DNA of 64,000 nucleotides from Bdellovibrionota bacterium (GTDB lineage Bacteria > Bdellovibrionota_C > UBA2361 > JBGSMV01). Both the position numbers and the translations under genes were made by a program. Below, piece after piece: positions 10,142 to 20,497 of the stretch (position 1 is the first letter of the stretch; every line of letters begins with the position of its first letter). The stretch is taken from contig JBGSMV010000031.1 of NCBI GenBank assembly GCA_041739995.1, positions 64,001 through 128,000 of the forward strand, written 5' to 3'. The notes beneath the pieces are model-generated. The model saw only the letters and a program-made list of their open reading frames with translations. It ran no database searches and was not told where the DNA came from.

Positions 10142-10279
10142 TCAGAAACTTCTGAATAACCCGTGTTTCTATCTTCGTGTGCTTTGTGGTCTTCGTGGCT
10201 CAATTCAATCTAGGGCGATTTCTAATGTCTATTTGCACCACAAAGACCACTAAGATTTAGTTCTTTAGAGTTTCCTTAA
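10142..10279. mobile_element. MITE-like repeat, family A copy 1
   Basis: AACTTCTGAATAACCCGTG...CTTTGTGGTCTTCGTG...TTTGCACCAC..AAGACCACTAAGATTTAG, shared with 38236-38374 and with 40749-40896 (reverse complement). Confidence 0.75.
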
Positions 10280-10333
10280 AAGTCCGCTCGCTCCCGTATG
10301 ACTTCCATACGAACGGATCCAACCAAGCGATGT

Positions 10334-11089
10334 CTAACGAAACATTTCTCGATGCTCCCCGTCCGAAGCTTGCGTGGTAAGTTCGATAAAAATCGCTTCG
10401 AGATCACCTTCTCCGCGGCCCGTCCGTTCGCGAATCTCTTTGAGTGTACCAATCGCTATCAAACGTCCACGATGAACGATCGCAAGTCTATCAGAGACTT
10501 CTTCCGCTACATTAAGCGAATGAGTCGACAGCAAAACTGACAAGCCCTCACTCGCATAGCGGCGCAGCTGCTGTTTAAACAACTTCGCCCCATGCGGATC
10601 GAGTCCCACCATTGGCTCATCAACAATCAGCACTTTGGGTTCATGAATAAGCGCAGAACATGTCGCTAGCCGTTGCTTCATGCCGTGCGAGTAGCTCTCA
10701 ACTAACTCATCTTGCCATTCAACTAACTTATACTCGGCAAGCAATAGATCTATCCGCTCCTCCGCCCGCGCAGCAGGAACAGAATAAAGATCCGCCACGA
10801 AGTACAAGAATTCTCGCCCCGTCAGCTTTGAATACAAATATGGTCTATCAGGAATGAAGCCTGTAATGGCTTTCGCTTGCCGTGGATCGCGCTCCATATC
10901 GAAGCCACCAATCCGAATGATCCCTGCGGTCGGTTTTAGAATCCCTGCCAACATTCTGAGCGTGGTGGTCTTCCCCGCGCCATTTACCCCGAGGAATCCG
11001 AACACCTCTCCAGGCTCCACCTTGAGGCAAAGGTCATCTACCGCACGAAAATCGCCGTATCGCTTTGTTACATGCTCCAGCTCAATCAT
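10334..11089 (-). CDS. ABC transporter ATP-binding protein
   Basis: GVNGAGKTT Walker A, YSHGMKQR signature, VDEP Walker B. Confidence 0.95.
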   Translation of the reverse strand: MIELEHVTKRYGDFRAVDDLCLKVEPGEVFGFLGVNGAGKTTTLRMLAGILKPTAGIIRIGGFDMERDPRQAKAITGFIPDRPYLYSKLTGREFLYFVADLYSVPAARAEERIDLLLAEYKLVEWQDELVESYSHGMKQRLATCSALIHEPKVLIVDEPMVGLDPHGAKLFKQQLRRYASEGLSVLLSTHSLNVAEEVSDRLAIVHRGRLIAIGTLKEIRERTGRGEGDLEAIFIELTTQASDGEHREMFR

Positions 11090-11521
11090 AGATGGTCTTC
11101 CTTTGGTGGCGTCACATTCTTAAGGACTCGTGAACTGCCAGATCCTTTCTACCGCCGCGACAGAGGTCGTGCAAAACAAGAAATATTCGCCTTACCTGGG
11201 CCCTTGGCTACCCAATTTAAGTATACTAACCAACGGGCAGACTAGTGGCCCTAATCCGAACTAAGTTACTAAATAGGGGTGCGGTCTCTCGGGCCACCAG
11301 ATATTGCCTATTCGACTCCAGGCTCCTGCCTTCCGTCGAACTCGCTCCAAACTCTACTGGGGGCCCCGCGTGCCCCAGTTCCGAGTCGCTCCAGCCGCCT
11401 CGCGGCTGTCCGGCCTTCCTGGCCGGCGTGTGGTGAGTCAGTTCAGGTATAGACATAGTCATCGGCTCACCACACGAGTAGGATGTTGCTGCTCCGAAAG
11501 TCGGTTTGCGAGAGTTTGGCG

Positions 11522-12625
11522 ATGAAACTTGGCATCTGGGTTGAATGCGAACACGAGGATTCCCCCTTTGTCTCAGAGGAGCGGCTCAATTTATTTGTAG
11601 AACGTGTCTCCACGCTTGAGATTTCAGGACTCAAGGTTGAGGCCATCTATCTTCAGGTGCTGCGCCGCGGAACTGCCTACTTTCAAAGTTCCCATTGCGA
11701 ACAGGCCCCAATCATTTCAAATTCCTATGACCCACTTAGGCGCATTTGTGAGCGGCTGTCTGAACAGGGAATAGCGGTTCATGCATGGATTAACTGCTGT
11801 AACTTTGGCTGCACCCCCTCCGCCAGAGCCCTCGAGCAACTCGGTGCCGATTCCTTGATTCACGATCACTTTGGCACCAGCATAGCTAGCTACGAACACT
11901 GGTCTACCCCTCGCAACCCTTCGCTTTCGCATTTTTCGGTAGATACTCCCGGCGCGTGGATTGACCCTTCCTCTCCTACACTCGCGCCCTTTTTGCAGCA
12001 CTCAGTCTCTGAACTCCTTGAGGGCTATCCCCTACTTTCTGGTATCCATCTCGACTTCATTAGATACCCCTATATGCTCCCTATTCGCCCTGGGGCCGCC
12101 ATTCCCTTTGGTTTGGACTTGGGGCTTGGGCCCGCGTTGAGACGCTTCTCTGAGACTCTTTCAACGCCTATGGAGGCTGAAAGTCATTTTAATGCCCCGG
12201 GCATATGGCGTGATGACGCGCTGGCTTTACGATTTGATCAATGGCGACGGACGCAGGTTACGAGCTTAGTCCAATCCATTCGGGCAACAGTCGGGACAAG
12301 GCTCTCGCTTTCCGCAGCCGTGCTCACTTGGAGCGACCGGGCGTATCTAAGCGCGTTTCAAGACTGGAGAAGCTGGCTTCAAGATGAGCTACTGGACGCG
12401 GCACTCCTCATGTCCTACAGCGCGGACCTGCAACATGTCAGGCATATGATAGCGAGTGCGCTACCCTTCCAAGGAAAGCACTCTCGAGTGCATGCAGGTA
12501 TTGGTTGCTATAAACTTTCTGGTGCACCAGAGATACGCACACAGCTAGAAAGCGTCGCAGAGCTTGGTGCCGAAGGCGCAGTACTTTTTTCTTATTGCTC
12601 AACTCAGAAAGCGCTCTTCGCCTAG
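11522..12625 (+). CDS. Glycosyl hydrolase-like 10 (YddW/DigH family)
   Basis: AVHAWIN, WIDPSSP, GIHLDFIRYP, QDWRSWL..LLD..LMSY. Confidence 0.8.
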   Translation: MKLGIWVECEHEDSPFVSEERLNLFVERVSTLEISGLKVEAIYLQVLRRGTAYFQSSHCEQAPIISNSYDPLRRICERLSEQGIAVHAWINCCNFGCTPSARALEQLGADSLIHDHFGTSIASYEHWSTPRNPSLSHFSVDTPGAWIDPSSPTLAPFLQHSVSELLEGYPLLSGIHLDFIRYPYMLPIRPGAAIPFGLDLGLGPALRRFSETLSTPMEAESHFNAPGIWRDDALALRFDQWRRTQVTSLVQSIRATVGTRLSLSAAVLTWSDRAYLSAFQDWRSWLQDELLDAALLMSYSADLQHVRHMIASALPFQGKHSRVHAGIGCYKLSGAPEIRTQLESVAELGAEGAVLFSYCSTQKALFA

Positions 12626-12670
12626 TGCACTGACTTAAAAGTTCAATGAACTCCTTACGCAGGACACTAG
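12622..12670. mobile_element. Internally deleted family B repeat (49 bp, ends only)
   Basis: CTAGTGCACTGACTTAAAAGTTCA-ATGAACTCCTTACGCAGGACACTAG; first CTAG contains the stop of the GH gene. Confidence 0.65.
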
Positions 12671-12828
12671 CGGGAGTGCAAAAGACTCTCTTCACGAGCC
12701 AGCAACCCTTCGGGTCATACCCACCTGTCGGCTATCGGCGACATTCAGCTATTGATCCAGGCCCCTGACACAAAGCCAGAAACCAAGCGTGAGACTTACC
12801 GGCGGCGTGTGTGCGCCAGACGCAATCT

Positions 12829-13035
12829 CTAGTTGAGTAATTGAATTGCTTTTCGATTCTTTCGAAGAATGCTTTCGATCGTAAGAGAAGCAAGGCGATA
12901 TCCTTCAGCTTCACTCTTCCCGGCTTCAAGCGCGATTTCGGATATAACTTCGATCAGATCACCGATCGTTGTTTGAATTAGAGGAGCACTGTTCTGCTCT
13001 ACCGTAGATTTTTGATTATCACTTGCGCTTGCCAT
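12829..13035 (-). CDS. Small hypothetical protein
   Basis: Amphipathic helical ORF (IQTTIGDLIEVISEIALEAG..EGYRLASLTIESIL) with GAGGT RBS; no family named. Confidence 0.6.
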   Translation of the reverse strand: MASASDNQKSTVEQNSAPLIQTTIGDLIEVISEIALEAGKSEAEGYRLASLTIESILRKNRKAIQLLN

Positions 13036-13310
13036 ACCACACCTCATTTACAACCTTGAGCCTAACCGCTCAGAAACCAATCAGCTCTTTAGAACAGCGG
13101 GTCTCTGATACAATTCCGATACATTTCGAGGCCATAGCGGCTTCAGAATGTACTAGTATGATGTTCAAAGCCTGCCATTGAGATTCAAGGGCGGTGAAGA
13201 AAAAGTAGCCCCACGGGAAAATTTTCAGACATCGCCCTTCCTGGCAGTAGTTAAGAGATTTCCTCACCTCGGGTGGCTGCGACGCGCTCGCGTGTACTCT
13301 TTTCGGGGAA

Positions 13311-14141
13311 TTAGATCTGGTCGATACCAGAGGTGCCCGCTCGAGATGCCTTCAGGCAGAATATTGGTAATCCTTGGTTGACAAAGAGCTGCTCAAATTC
13401 CGTCACTACATTGTCAGAAACTAACTCTGAGCGGTGCAGGTCCAGAGATACTGTATCGAGGTCAAATAGCCCTCCTGAATGAATTGAGGAGAGCACGTCC
13501 TCAAAGTAACCTCGATGATCGGTTTTAAACGATAGTTTTCCGCCCGGCTTTAGCAGGGCGTGCACGTGCTTGATAGACTCCTCTCCCAACAGTCTATGTT
13601 TTTTCCATCTGCGCTTGTCCCAAGGATCGGGGAAATTGACAAACACTCCGTCAAGCGATTGTGGGGGAAGAATCTCTTGAATGGTAAGGGCATCAGTGCG
13701 CACTACCAATAAATTCTCAATTCCTCGCTCGAGCGCCTTCTCAGCAGTTCTTACCACTCGCTTAAAGCGGAGCTCAAAGCCGACCCAAAGGGCGTCCCTA
13801 TGTCTATTCGCTTGCTCTATAAGATGGATTCCAGACCCTGAACCTAATTCAACATAGGCTCTTGAAGCGGTAGCCAGTCGCTCACGTAGTCTCGAGACTT
13901 CATCCTCGGAGAGAGCGGGACGATCGCTTCCAACCACGGAGCTTGAGACTTTCCCAAGCTTATGCACGTAGGGATTAACCCAACGCCGATCAGTAATTCT
14001 ACGCCTTCCACTAGCAGGCTGGTGAAAAAGTGCCCTCCTTGGCACATTTTCACTCGCTCCAAGCTCTTTTCGCACGACGAGCGGCGCGGAATCCGCGTCG
14101 CTTCGCGTACTTTCGCTTTGCTCCAGTCCGCGGTCGGACAT
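13311..14141 (-). CDS. trmB: tRNA (guanine-N7)-methyltransferase with N-terminal extension
   Basis: ELGSGSG, NFPDPW, KHRL, FKTD, TEFE; GGGAGG RBS before ATG 14141. Confidence 0.9.
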   Translation of the reverse strand: MSDRGLEQSESTRSDADSAPLVVRKELGASENVPRRALFHQPASGRRRITDRRWVNPYVHKLGKVSSSVVGSDRPALSEDEVSRLRERLATASRAYVELGSGSGIHLIEQANRHRDALWVGFELRFKRVVRTAEKALERGIENLLVVRTDALTIQEILPPQSLDGVFVNFPDPWDKRRWKKHRLLGEESIKHVHALLKPGGKLSFKTDHRGYFEDVLSSIHSGGLFDLDTVSLDLHRSELVSDNVVTEFEQLFVNQGLPIFCLKASRAGTSGIDQI

Positions 14142-14253
14142 CCTGTCCTCCCTATCAGGCTCTAAAATCTCTCGCATGTTTACGATGCTATCGTCTCGAC
14201 TGTTACAAAGCGACTCTCCGCTAGGCACCCATATCTACTGATCCTTTTCATAA

Positions 14254-17200
14254 ATGGATTCAAGTCGTTATGCGCGCGCTCAGGTGATCTCCTTTGAGCT
14301 TCAGTACAATCGCCGACGATCCGATTACCTACGAGAGTCCCCTAGCCTTCAACTAGGTGGGGAATTACGTAAGTTGAAGGAGCTCAGGACGCACGTGATT
14401 CGCATGATTCGACAACTTTGGCTACCCGCCCTTGTTTTGATAGGGGCGCTCCTTGGAAGCGGTGTTTACGCGCGCCACATTACGCACATTGAGCTCGATA
14501 GGCACCGAGCAACTTTCGAATTTCTCTCGACAAGACAGGTACGGGAAGCAAGACGCAGGCTGCAAGTCTACGTATATGGCCTTGGAGGAGTGTCAGGAGT
14601 CTTCGCCGCAAGTCAGTCCGTGGAACGACATGAGTTCAGGGCCTACACGCTCTCTCGGACCCTCGCTACAGAGTTCCCTGGCAGCACTGGGCTCGGATTC
14701 ATCACCAGAGTTTCCCGAGAAAACATCTCAGAGTTTATCACCAATACTCAAGCCGATGGAGCCCCCGGCTTTTCCGTCGTGTCATCGAGCTCTTCTCCTG
14801 AACTCAGAGTGGTGACCTTTGCCGAACCGGTGGAGCACAACGATGAGCTTCTTGGCCTCGATCTGACCGACTACCCCGACCTAAACGCGACGCTCACTCG
14901 CTCAATGACGACAGGAGAAGCGGCCGTCTCGGAACCCTTCCAGCTTCCACACGATACCCAGAAAAGACTTGGCGTACTGATTGTAACGCCGATTTTTCAC
15001 AAGCAAATGGCCACCGAAACCGAAGTGCATCGTCACCTTGCACTTCAGGGTTGGGTCTTCTCACCCATAATTCTAGAAAAGGTCTTTGAAAACTTCCAAG
15101 CAGTTACCGAAGAACGGGTCTTCTTTGAACTCAAGGACCGCGGTAGCGCATCCGCGCAAGCATTGATGTTCACTAACAAGCCAGAAGCACTAAGGGGAAA
15201 ACGCTCTACTGAAATGGGCGGGGCCGAGTATTCCCAATCCGAACCGTTCTCCTTTGGTGGACGTGAATACCTTGTCACCACTACCAGCACCCCCAAGTTT
15301 GGAAATAGTCGCCAGCAGACTTCTATAACTCTCGTCATGCTCCTCGGAGGCACCATCGGCATACTTCTAAGCGGTATCATTGTAGTTCTTCAGGGGACTC
15401 GGTCACGCGCAGAGCGAATAGCTCGCGACATTACCGAGGAACCTTCGGTGGAGCGAGAGCGTCTTCAACTTGCATTGAAAGGAAGTGGCCTCGGGCTCTG
15501 GGACTGGAATCTCATCACTGATGAGGTGATTTATGATGCAGGCTGGGCGTCCATGATAGGAGAGCAAGTAGCTGAGCTCCCCCGTACACTTGAAACCTGG
15601 GGCACACGAGTTCATCTGGACGACCTACTCAAAGCGCGGGCAGCAATTGAAATGCACGTTCTTCAAGAATCGGCGGTATACGAATGTACCCATCGTCTAA
15701 GGCATCACAACGGTGAATGGCGATGGATTCTGGCCCACGGGCGGATTATGGAGCGTGATCCCGATGGCACCCCTCGACGCATGCTAGGAATTCATTTGGA
15801 TGTTACCGATCAAGTCAAACGTCGACAGGAGCTCGAGGACACCAAGGATCTACTTGAACGGACCTCATCTCTCGCTGGGGTTGGCGGCTGGGAGCTTGAT
15901 CTTGAGACAAACAAAATTCGATGGTCGAAACAAGTTTTTCGTATTCATGAACTTGAGGGTCCAGTACCACCAGGTCTGACTGAAGCGATCAATTTCTTTG
16001 CTCCAGAGGCTCAAGTTCAGATTACCAATGCCATCGCACGCGCCAAGGAACATGGTATCGGCTGGGACCTTGAACTTCCCTTTATAACGGCAAAGTCCCG
16101 TCATATCTGGGTCAGAGCCGTAGGGAGACCTATTCTAGTAAACGAAAAATGTGTTCGACTCTCTGGCGTACTCCAGGACATCACGAGTCGCAAGGAGTCG
16201 GAAGACTCTTTGCGGTGGCATGCTGAAACCCTTAAGCAGGCGAACGATACGGCCCTTGAGGCGAGTCGGGTAAAAAGTCAGTTTCTCGCAAACATGAGCC
16301 ATGAAATTCGAACTCCAATGAACGGCATAATCGGGATGGCAGGGCTCTTGCTTGAAACCAACCTGACCGCAGAACAACATGATCTCCTGGAGTCGCTCGA
16401 CTACTCAGCAAAGTCTCTACTTTCAATTATCAATGACATTCTCGATCTTTCGAAAGTGGAGTCCGGGAAGATTGAGCTCAGTCCGATCACCTTCGATGTG
16501 CACCAGTTCCTGAAAAGCACGTTTTCACTGCTTGAACTACGAGCAAGGGAACGCAATATAACTCTTGTCTCAAGTCTCCATTCCGATATCCCCGCGCTAT
16601 TGGTCGGAGATGATGTGCGCCTTCGCCAAGTGCTCGTTAATCTGATCGGAAATGCCATCAAATTCTCTGCAGATGAAGGTGCGGTCGTCGTCACTATTAC
16701 GCCAAAGTCCCTTGGCAGTGAGTGCATCGAACTACACTTCTCTGTCTCCGACACGGGCGTAGGAATCTCCGAGGACAAGTTGGAGAAAATTTTTGACCCC
16801 TTTACCCAAGCTGAATCAGGAACCACGCGCAAATTTGGTGGCACAGGTCTTGGCCTCACCATCTCGCGAAAGCTAGTCGCGCTTATGGGAGGACAACTGA
16901 ACGTCCATAGCCGCGAGGGCGTTGGGTCCCGCTTTGACTTTTCAGTGAAACTGCAAATTGGTCACGAGCTACCGCTTAGCACCGCTCGATCAGTGCCCGC
17001 ACTAAACGCGAGAGATGCCCTACCAGCTTCCACGAACAACAACGCCGCTCCCTGCGTTCTACTCGTTGAGGATAATCCCATAAATCGAAAACTAGCCTGC
17101 AAAATTCTTGAAAAATCAGGCTGTAGGGTGGTTGTGGCCAATGACGGGCAGCAAGCGCTCGATGCCCTCAAGCAAAGCCCTGAACGCTTTGCGATGATCT

Positions 17201-17424
17201 TCATGGACTGCCAAATGCCCGTGATGGACGGTTACTGCGCCACACAGGAAATTAGAAGACAAGAGGAGCTATCCGGGAAACACATCCCCATTGTCGCGAT
17301 GACGGCCAACGCCATGGCAGGCGATAAGGAACGTTGCCTTGAGGCGGGTATGGATGACTACGTGCCCAAACCAATAGATCGAAAAGTTCTTAGCGAAGTC
17401 CTTCAACGGTTTCTTAGCGAATAG
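14254..17424 (+). CDS. Hybrid sensor histidine kinase (CHASE-PAS-PAS-HisKA-HATPase-REC)
   Basis: CHASE-type extracellular domain, FLANMSHEIRTPMNG, NLIGNAIKF, GGTGLGL, MDCQMPVMDG; true start may be near 14404. Confidence 0.92.
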   Translation: MDSSRYARAQVISFELQYNRRRSDYLRESPSLQLGGELRKLKELRTHVIRMIRQLWLPALVLIGALLGSGVYARHITHIELDRHRATFEFLSTRQVREARRRLQVYVYGLGGVSGVFAASQSVERHEFRAYTLSRTLATEFPGSTGLGFITRVSRENISEFITNTQADGAPGFSVVSSSSSPELRVVTFAEPVEHNDELLGLDLTDYPDLNATLTRSMTTGEAAVSEPFQLPHDTQKRLGVLIVTPIFHKQMATETEVHRHLALQGWVFSPIILEKVFENFQAVTEERVFFELKDRGSASAQALMFTNKPEALRGKRSTEMGGAEYSQSEPFSFGGREYLVTTTSTPKFGNSRQQTSITLVMLLGGTIGILLSGIIVVLQGTRSRAERIARDITEEPSVERERLQLALKGSGLGLWDWNLITDEVIYDAGWASMIGEQVAELPRTLETWGTRVHLDDLLKARAAIEMHVLQESAVYECTHRLRHHNGEWRWILAHGRIMERDPDGTPRRMLGIHLDVTDQVKRRQELEDTKDLLERTSSLAGVGGWELDLETNKIRWSKQVFRIHELEGPVPPGLTEAINFFAPEAQVQITNAIARAKEHGIGWDLELPFITAKSRHIWVRAVGRPILVNEKCVRLSGVLQDITSRKESEDSLRWHAETLKQANDTALEASRVKSQFLANMSHEIRTPMNGIIGMAGLLLETNLTAEQHDLLESLDYSAKSLLSIINDILDLSKVESGKIELSPITFDVHQFLKSTFSLLELRARERNITLVSSLHSDIPALLVGDDVRLRQVLVNLIGNAIKFSADEGAVVVTITPKSLGSECIELHFSVSDTGVGISEDKLEKIFDPFTQAESGTTRKFGGTGLGLTISRKLVALMGGQLNVHSREGVGSRFDFSVKLQIGHELPLSTARSVPALNARDALPASTNNNAAPCVLLVEDNPINRKLACKILEKSGCRVVVANDGQQALDALKQSPERFAMIFMDCQMPVMDGYCATQEIRRQEELSGKHIPIVAMTANAMAGDKERCLEAGMDDYVPKPIDRKVLSEVLQRFLSE

Positions 17425-17427
17425 TCG

Positions 17428-18603
17428 CTACCGACAAGCAGCCTTAAGCTGTTCTCCCTTATCCGTCCGCTCCCAAGAAAAGGCCCCACTGGCAGTAGGG
17501 GTTCGTCCAAAATGGCCGTAGTTAGTAGTCTCTCGGTAGATTGGTCTCAACAACGAGAGCGCTTCAATAATCCCATGCGGCCTGAGGTCGAAAATTTCTG
17601 TCACTGCCTTGGCGATCCGTTCGTCAGGAGATTTCCCAGTTCCAAACGTATCGACATAGACCGCGACTGGACGGGCTACGCCAATCGCATACGCAACTTG
17701 AACTTCACACTTTGTTGCTAACCCCGCAGCAACAATATTCTTGGCAATATGTCGAGCCGCATAGGCAGCCGAACGATCTACCTTTGATGGATCTTTGCCT
17801 GAGAAAGCACCACCACCGTGGCGCCCGTATCCACCGTAGGTATCGACAATAATCTTTCTACCCGTGAGTCCCGCATCTCCAACAGGTCCACCAATGACAA
17901 AGCGACCAGTGGGATTGATAAAGAATTTAGTCTCTTTGTCGAGGAAACGATCCGGCACCACCGGTCGAATCACCTTCTCAATAACAAACCGCTCCAGGTC
18001 TTTGAGATCCGTGTCGTCAGAATGTTGCGTTGAAAGAACCACGGTATGAATACGAGCGGGCTTGCCATCACGATATTCGACCGTGACCTGTGACTTGGCA
18101 TCGGGTTTGAGAAACTTCGCCTGGCCACCGCGTCGCAGATCCCCAAGCCTCATTAAAAGCTGGTGCGCGACTGATACGGGAAGCGGCATGCATTCTGGAG
18201 TCTCGTCACAGGCAAATCCGAACATAAGGCCCTGATCGCCCGCGCCCTGCTCCTTGTTCTTCTCCGCACTGGAATCAACCCCCATGCTGATATCGGGAGA
18301 TTGTCTGGTAAGCAATGTGATAAGTTTTACCGATGACGCTTCAAAGCCTATCGATGGATCGTCATACCCGATGTCGCGCAAAACTTGTCGCACCAGTTCA
18401 TCGAAGTTAACCGTGCCTCTGGACGTCACCTCACCAGCAACAACCACATTGTCGCTCTTCACCAACGTTTCACAAGCCACTCGACTAAGTGGGTCTTGCG
18501 CAAGGTAGGCATCAAGGATGGCATCGCTGATTTGATCGGCGACCTTATCGGGATGCCCTTCTGCTACTGATTCTGAGGTAAAAAGGAAGTTTTTTGCTGG
18601 CAC
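17428..18603 (-). CDS. metK: S-adenosylmethionine synthetase
   Basis: [35 protein letters not shown]. Confidence 0.98.
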   Translation of the reverse strand: MPAKNFLFTSESVAEGHPDKVADQISDAILDAYLAQDPLSRVACETLVKSDNVVVAGEVTSRGTVNFDELVRQVLRDIGYDDPSIGFEASSVKLITLLTRQSPDISMGVDSSAEKNKEQGAGDQGLMFGFACDETPECMPLPVSVAHQLLMRLGDLRRGGQAKFLKPDAKSQVTVEYRDGKPARIHTVVLSTQHSDDTDLKDLERFVIEKVIRPVVPDRFLDKETKFFINPTGRFVIGGPVGDAGLTGRKIIVDTYGGYGRHGGGAFSGKDPSKVDRSAAYAARHIAKNIVAAGLATKCEVQVAYAIGVARPVAVYVDTFGTGKSPDERIAKAVTEIFDLRPHGIIEALSLLRPIYRETTNYGHFGRTPTASGAFSWERTDKGEQLKAACR

Positions 18604-18796
18604 GCAGGTACTCCGCGGAAGAATAAATTTGAACTTCTATATCGGTGAGAGTGAGCACCCGTCAAGGGAAAGGTGCTAGAAGCGCCATAAAGCCCCCTGA
18701 TTGCTTGAAACCCAACCGAGCGGGAGTCCTCAAGCACAGGCAATTTGTGACAAAGAAGACAGCTTTATTCGCTTCGAAACCTCAAGCCAAAGCGCC

Positions 18797-19774
18797 CTAC
18801 TGAGACGGAGCATGGATATCTCTATGCTTCGCCCCGATGACGAACTGAGCCGAAGGCAGGCGCTCTGCAAGTTGCTTAGCCATCCATTCGCAGAGTGCTA
18901 CAGAGCGGTGTCTCCCCCCGGTGCAGCCTACGCCTATTGTTACGTACGACTTGCCACTCTCAACAAACTTTGGCAGCAGAAAACCGAGTAAGTCCATGTA
19001 ACGCCCAGCAAAATCAGTGGCAACACCAGACTCGAACACAAACTCAGCTACAGGAGTATCGAGCCCCGAAAAATCTCGAAGCAAATCAACAAAGTAGGGA
19101 TTAGGAAGAAAGCGCACATCAGCAAGCAGGTCACAATCGATAGGAACTCCATGCTTGAATCCGAAGCTCAGAAACGTGACCCGCATGGGCTTTGTCGGCC
19201 CCTCATGACAGGAAGCTGCGAAATCTCTCACCTCGGATCGGAGCTGATGCACATTGAGCTCGCTTGTATCGATGACCCGATCGGCTACCTCACGCAATGG
19301 AAAGAGCCGGTCTCGCTCTCTGCAAATTGTTTCCTCAATGGTCTTATCGCGATCGGGATCAAAGCCTGGATGAGGCCTGCGCGTCTGTCCGTAACGCCGA
19401 ATTATGGTTTCTACTTTCGCATCCAAGAATAGGACCGCCAAAGATAAACCTTCAAGTGCGCGCGCCTCTCCCCGCATGCTTACCAATAAAGAAAGCAGCT
19501 GCTCTTGCTTAAGCACCGTATCGAGATCCATTGATAGCGCTGCTTTCTGTACCGGCTTCGATGAACGAGTAAGAAACTCAAGAAAATTTTTAAAGAGGGG
19601 GACTGGTAGATGCTCGACGCTGACAAAGCCGAGGTCGGACAGGGTATCCATCGCCGCAGACTTGCCTGCCCCAGACAAGCCCACCACAAGTACTATCGAG
19701 CAAGGTCGCTCGACTGCCACACTGCCTGGGCCAGCTGTCTGTAGGGGCATTGGTGCCGATTTTTCTCCCACCAC
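18797..19774 (-). CDS. rapZ: RNase adapter RapZ
   Basis: GLSGAGKS, TRRPHP, SFGFKHG, DVRFLPNP, GCTGGRHRS. Confidence 0.95.
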   Translation of the reverse strand: MVGEKSAPMPLQTAGPGSVAVERPCSIVLVVGLSGAGKSAAMDTLSDLGFVSVEHLPVPLFKNFLEFLTRSSKPVQKAALSMDLDTVLKQEQLLSLLVSMRGEARALEGLSLAVLFLDAKVETIIRRYGQTRRPHPGFDPDRDKTIEETICRERDRLFPLREVADRVIDTSELNVHQLRSEVRDFAASCHEGPTKPMRVTFLSFGFKHGVPIDCDLLADVRFLPNPYFVDLLRDFSGLDTPVAEFVFESGVATDFAGRYMDLLGFLLPKFVESGKSYVTIGVGCTGGRHRSVALCEWMAKQLAERLPSAQFVIGAKHRDIHAPSQ

Positions 19775-19804
19775 GGTTCTCCCACCACGGTTCTACAACC
19801 ACTG
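19763..19804. repeat. 14-bp tandem repeat over the rapZ start region
   Basis: TTCTCCCACCACGG x2 plus degenerate TTCTACAACCACTG. Confidence 0.8.
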
Positions 19805-19809
19805 CTGGG

Positions 19810-20124
19810 TCAATGCTTAGAGGTAAGTTTTTCTTTGTGGCGCCTTAACTGATGAGACATGGTGTCAACAAGGGCATCAATGGCTGAATACAAATCTGCG
19901 CGCTCCTCCTTGCCATTGAACGTAACGCCGTCGGCATTAAAAGTAACCTCTGCAATCTGCCTGTTTTTTTCGACCAGCAGTACCACATGCGCTTCAATAT
20001 CTTGATGGACAAACTTCTGCACGCAATGAGAAACCTTTTCGGTCGCATAGGTCTTTAGCGCTTCTGTAGCCTCGGTATTACGAAAGGTTAGATTTACATG
20101 AACAATGCGATCAGTATTCGACAT
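19810..20124 (-). CDS. hpf: Ribosome hibernation factor HPF/RaiA (short form)
   Basis: TFRNTEATEALKTYA, DLYSAID..QLRRHKEKL; downstream of rpoN. Confidence 0.92.
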   Translation of the reverse strand: MSNTDRIVHVNLTFRNTEATEALKTYATEKVSHCVQKFVHQDIEAHVVLLVEKNRQIAEVTFNADGVTFNGKEERADLYSAIDALVDTMSHQLRRHKEKLTSKH

Positions 20125-20341
20125 AGCTTTCCTCTAGTCAGGTTCAAAAATACTAAACTGCTTCCAAGAACAGACTTCCTATTTGCTCGCGACGAGAGCA
20201 CTCGCTCACTCTATCGCATGCAAAAGAAATTTTGAAGAGCAACCGACGTGCGTAGAATCATTTCGGCCGTACCCAACCTCAACAAACGGTCTAAAAAAAC
20301 GTGGTTGTGCGATGAAAAGTGGCGAACCCTCGGAGCCGGCC

Positions 20342-20497
20342 TTAGGAGTCTGATACACAGCCCTGTTTATGAGGATCCGCCTTCGCTCACATGTGCCTGT
20401 GCTGCCATTTGGTTCGAGGAGGCTTCCCCCTTCGCTCAGGCTACGAAAGATAAGTCGGCGGGACGTCGTCGTCTGTGCCTGCGTCACAGACTCCTAG
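20342..20497. mobile_element. MITE-like repeat, family C copy 1
   Basis: Terminal inverted repeats TTAGGAGTCTGA.../...ACAGACTCCTAG; right CTAG contains the rpoN stop; its reverse complement matches 38113-38175. Confidence 0.75.

Noticed and set aside
11226..11462. 78-aa minus-strand ORF upstream of the ABC ATPase
   Set aside because: No motif or convincing composition; cannot be supported as a gene
18604..18796. SAM riboswitch upstream of metK
   Set aside because: No SAM-I or SAM-II consensus recognisable by eye; an Rfam scan would be decisive
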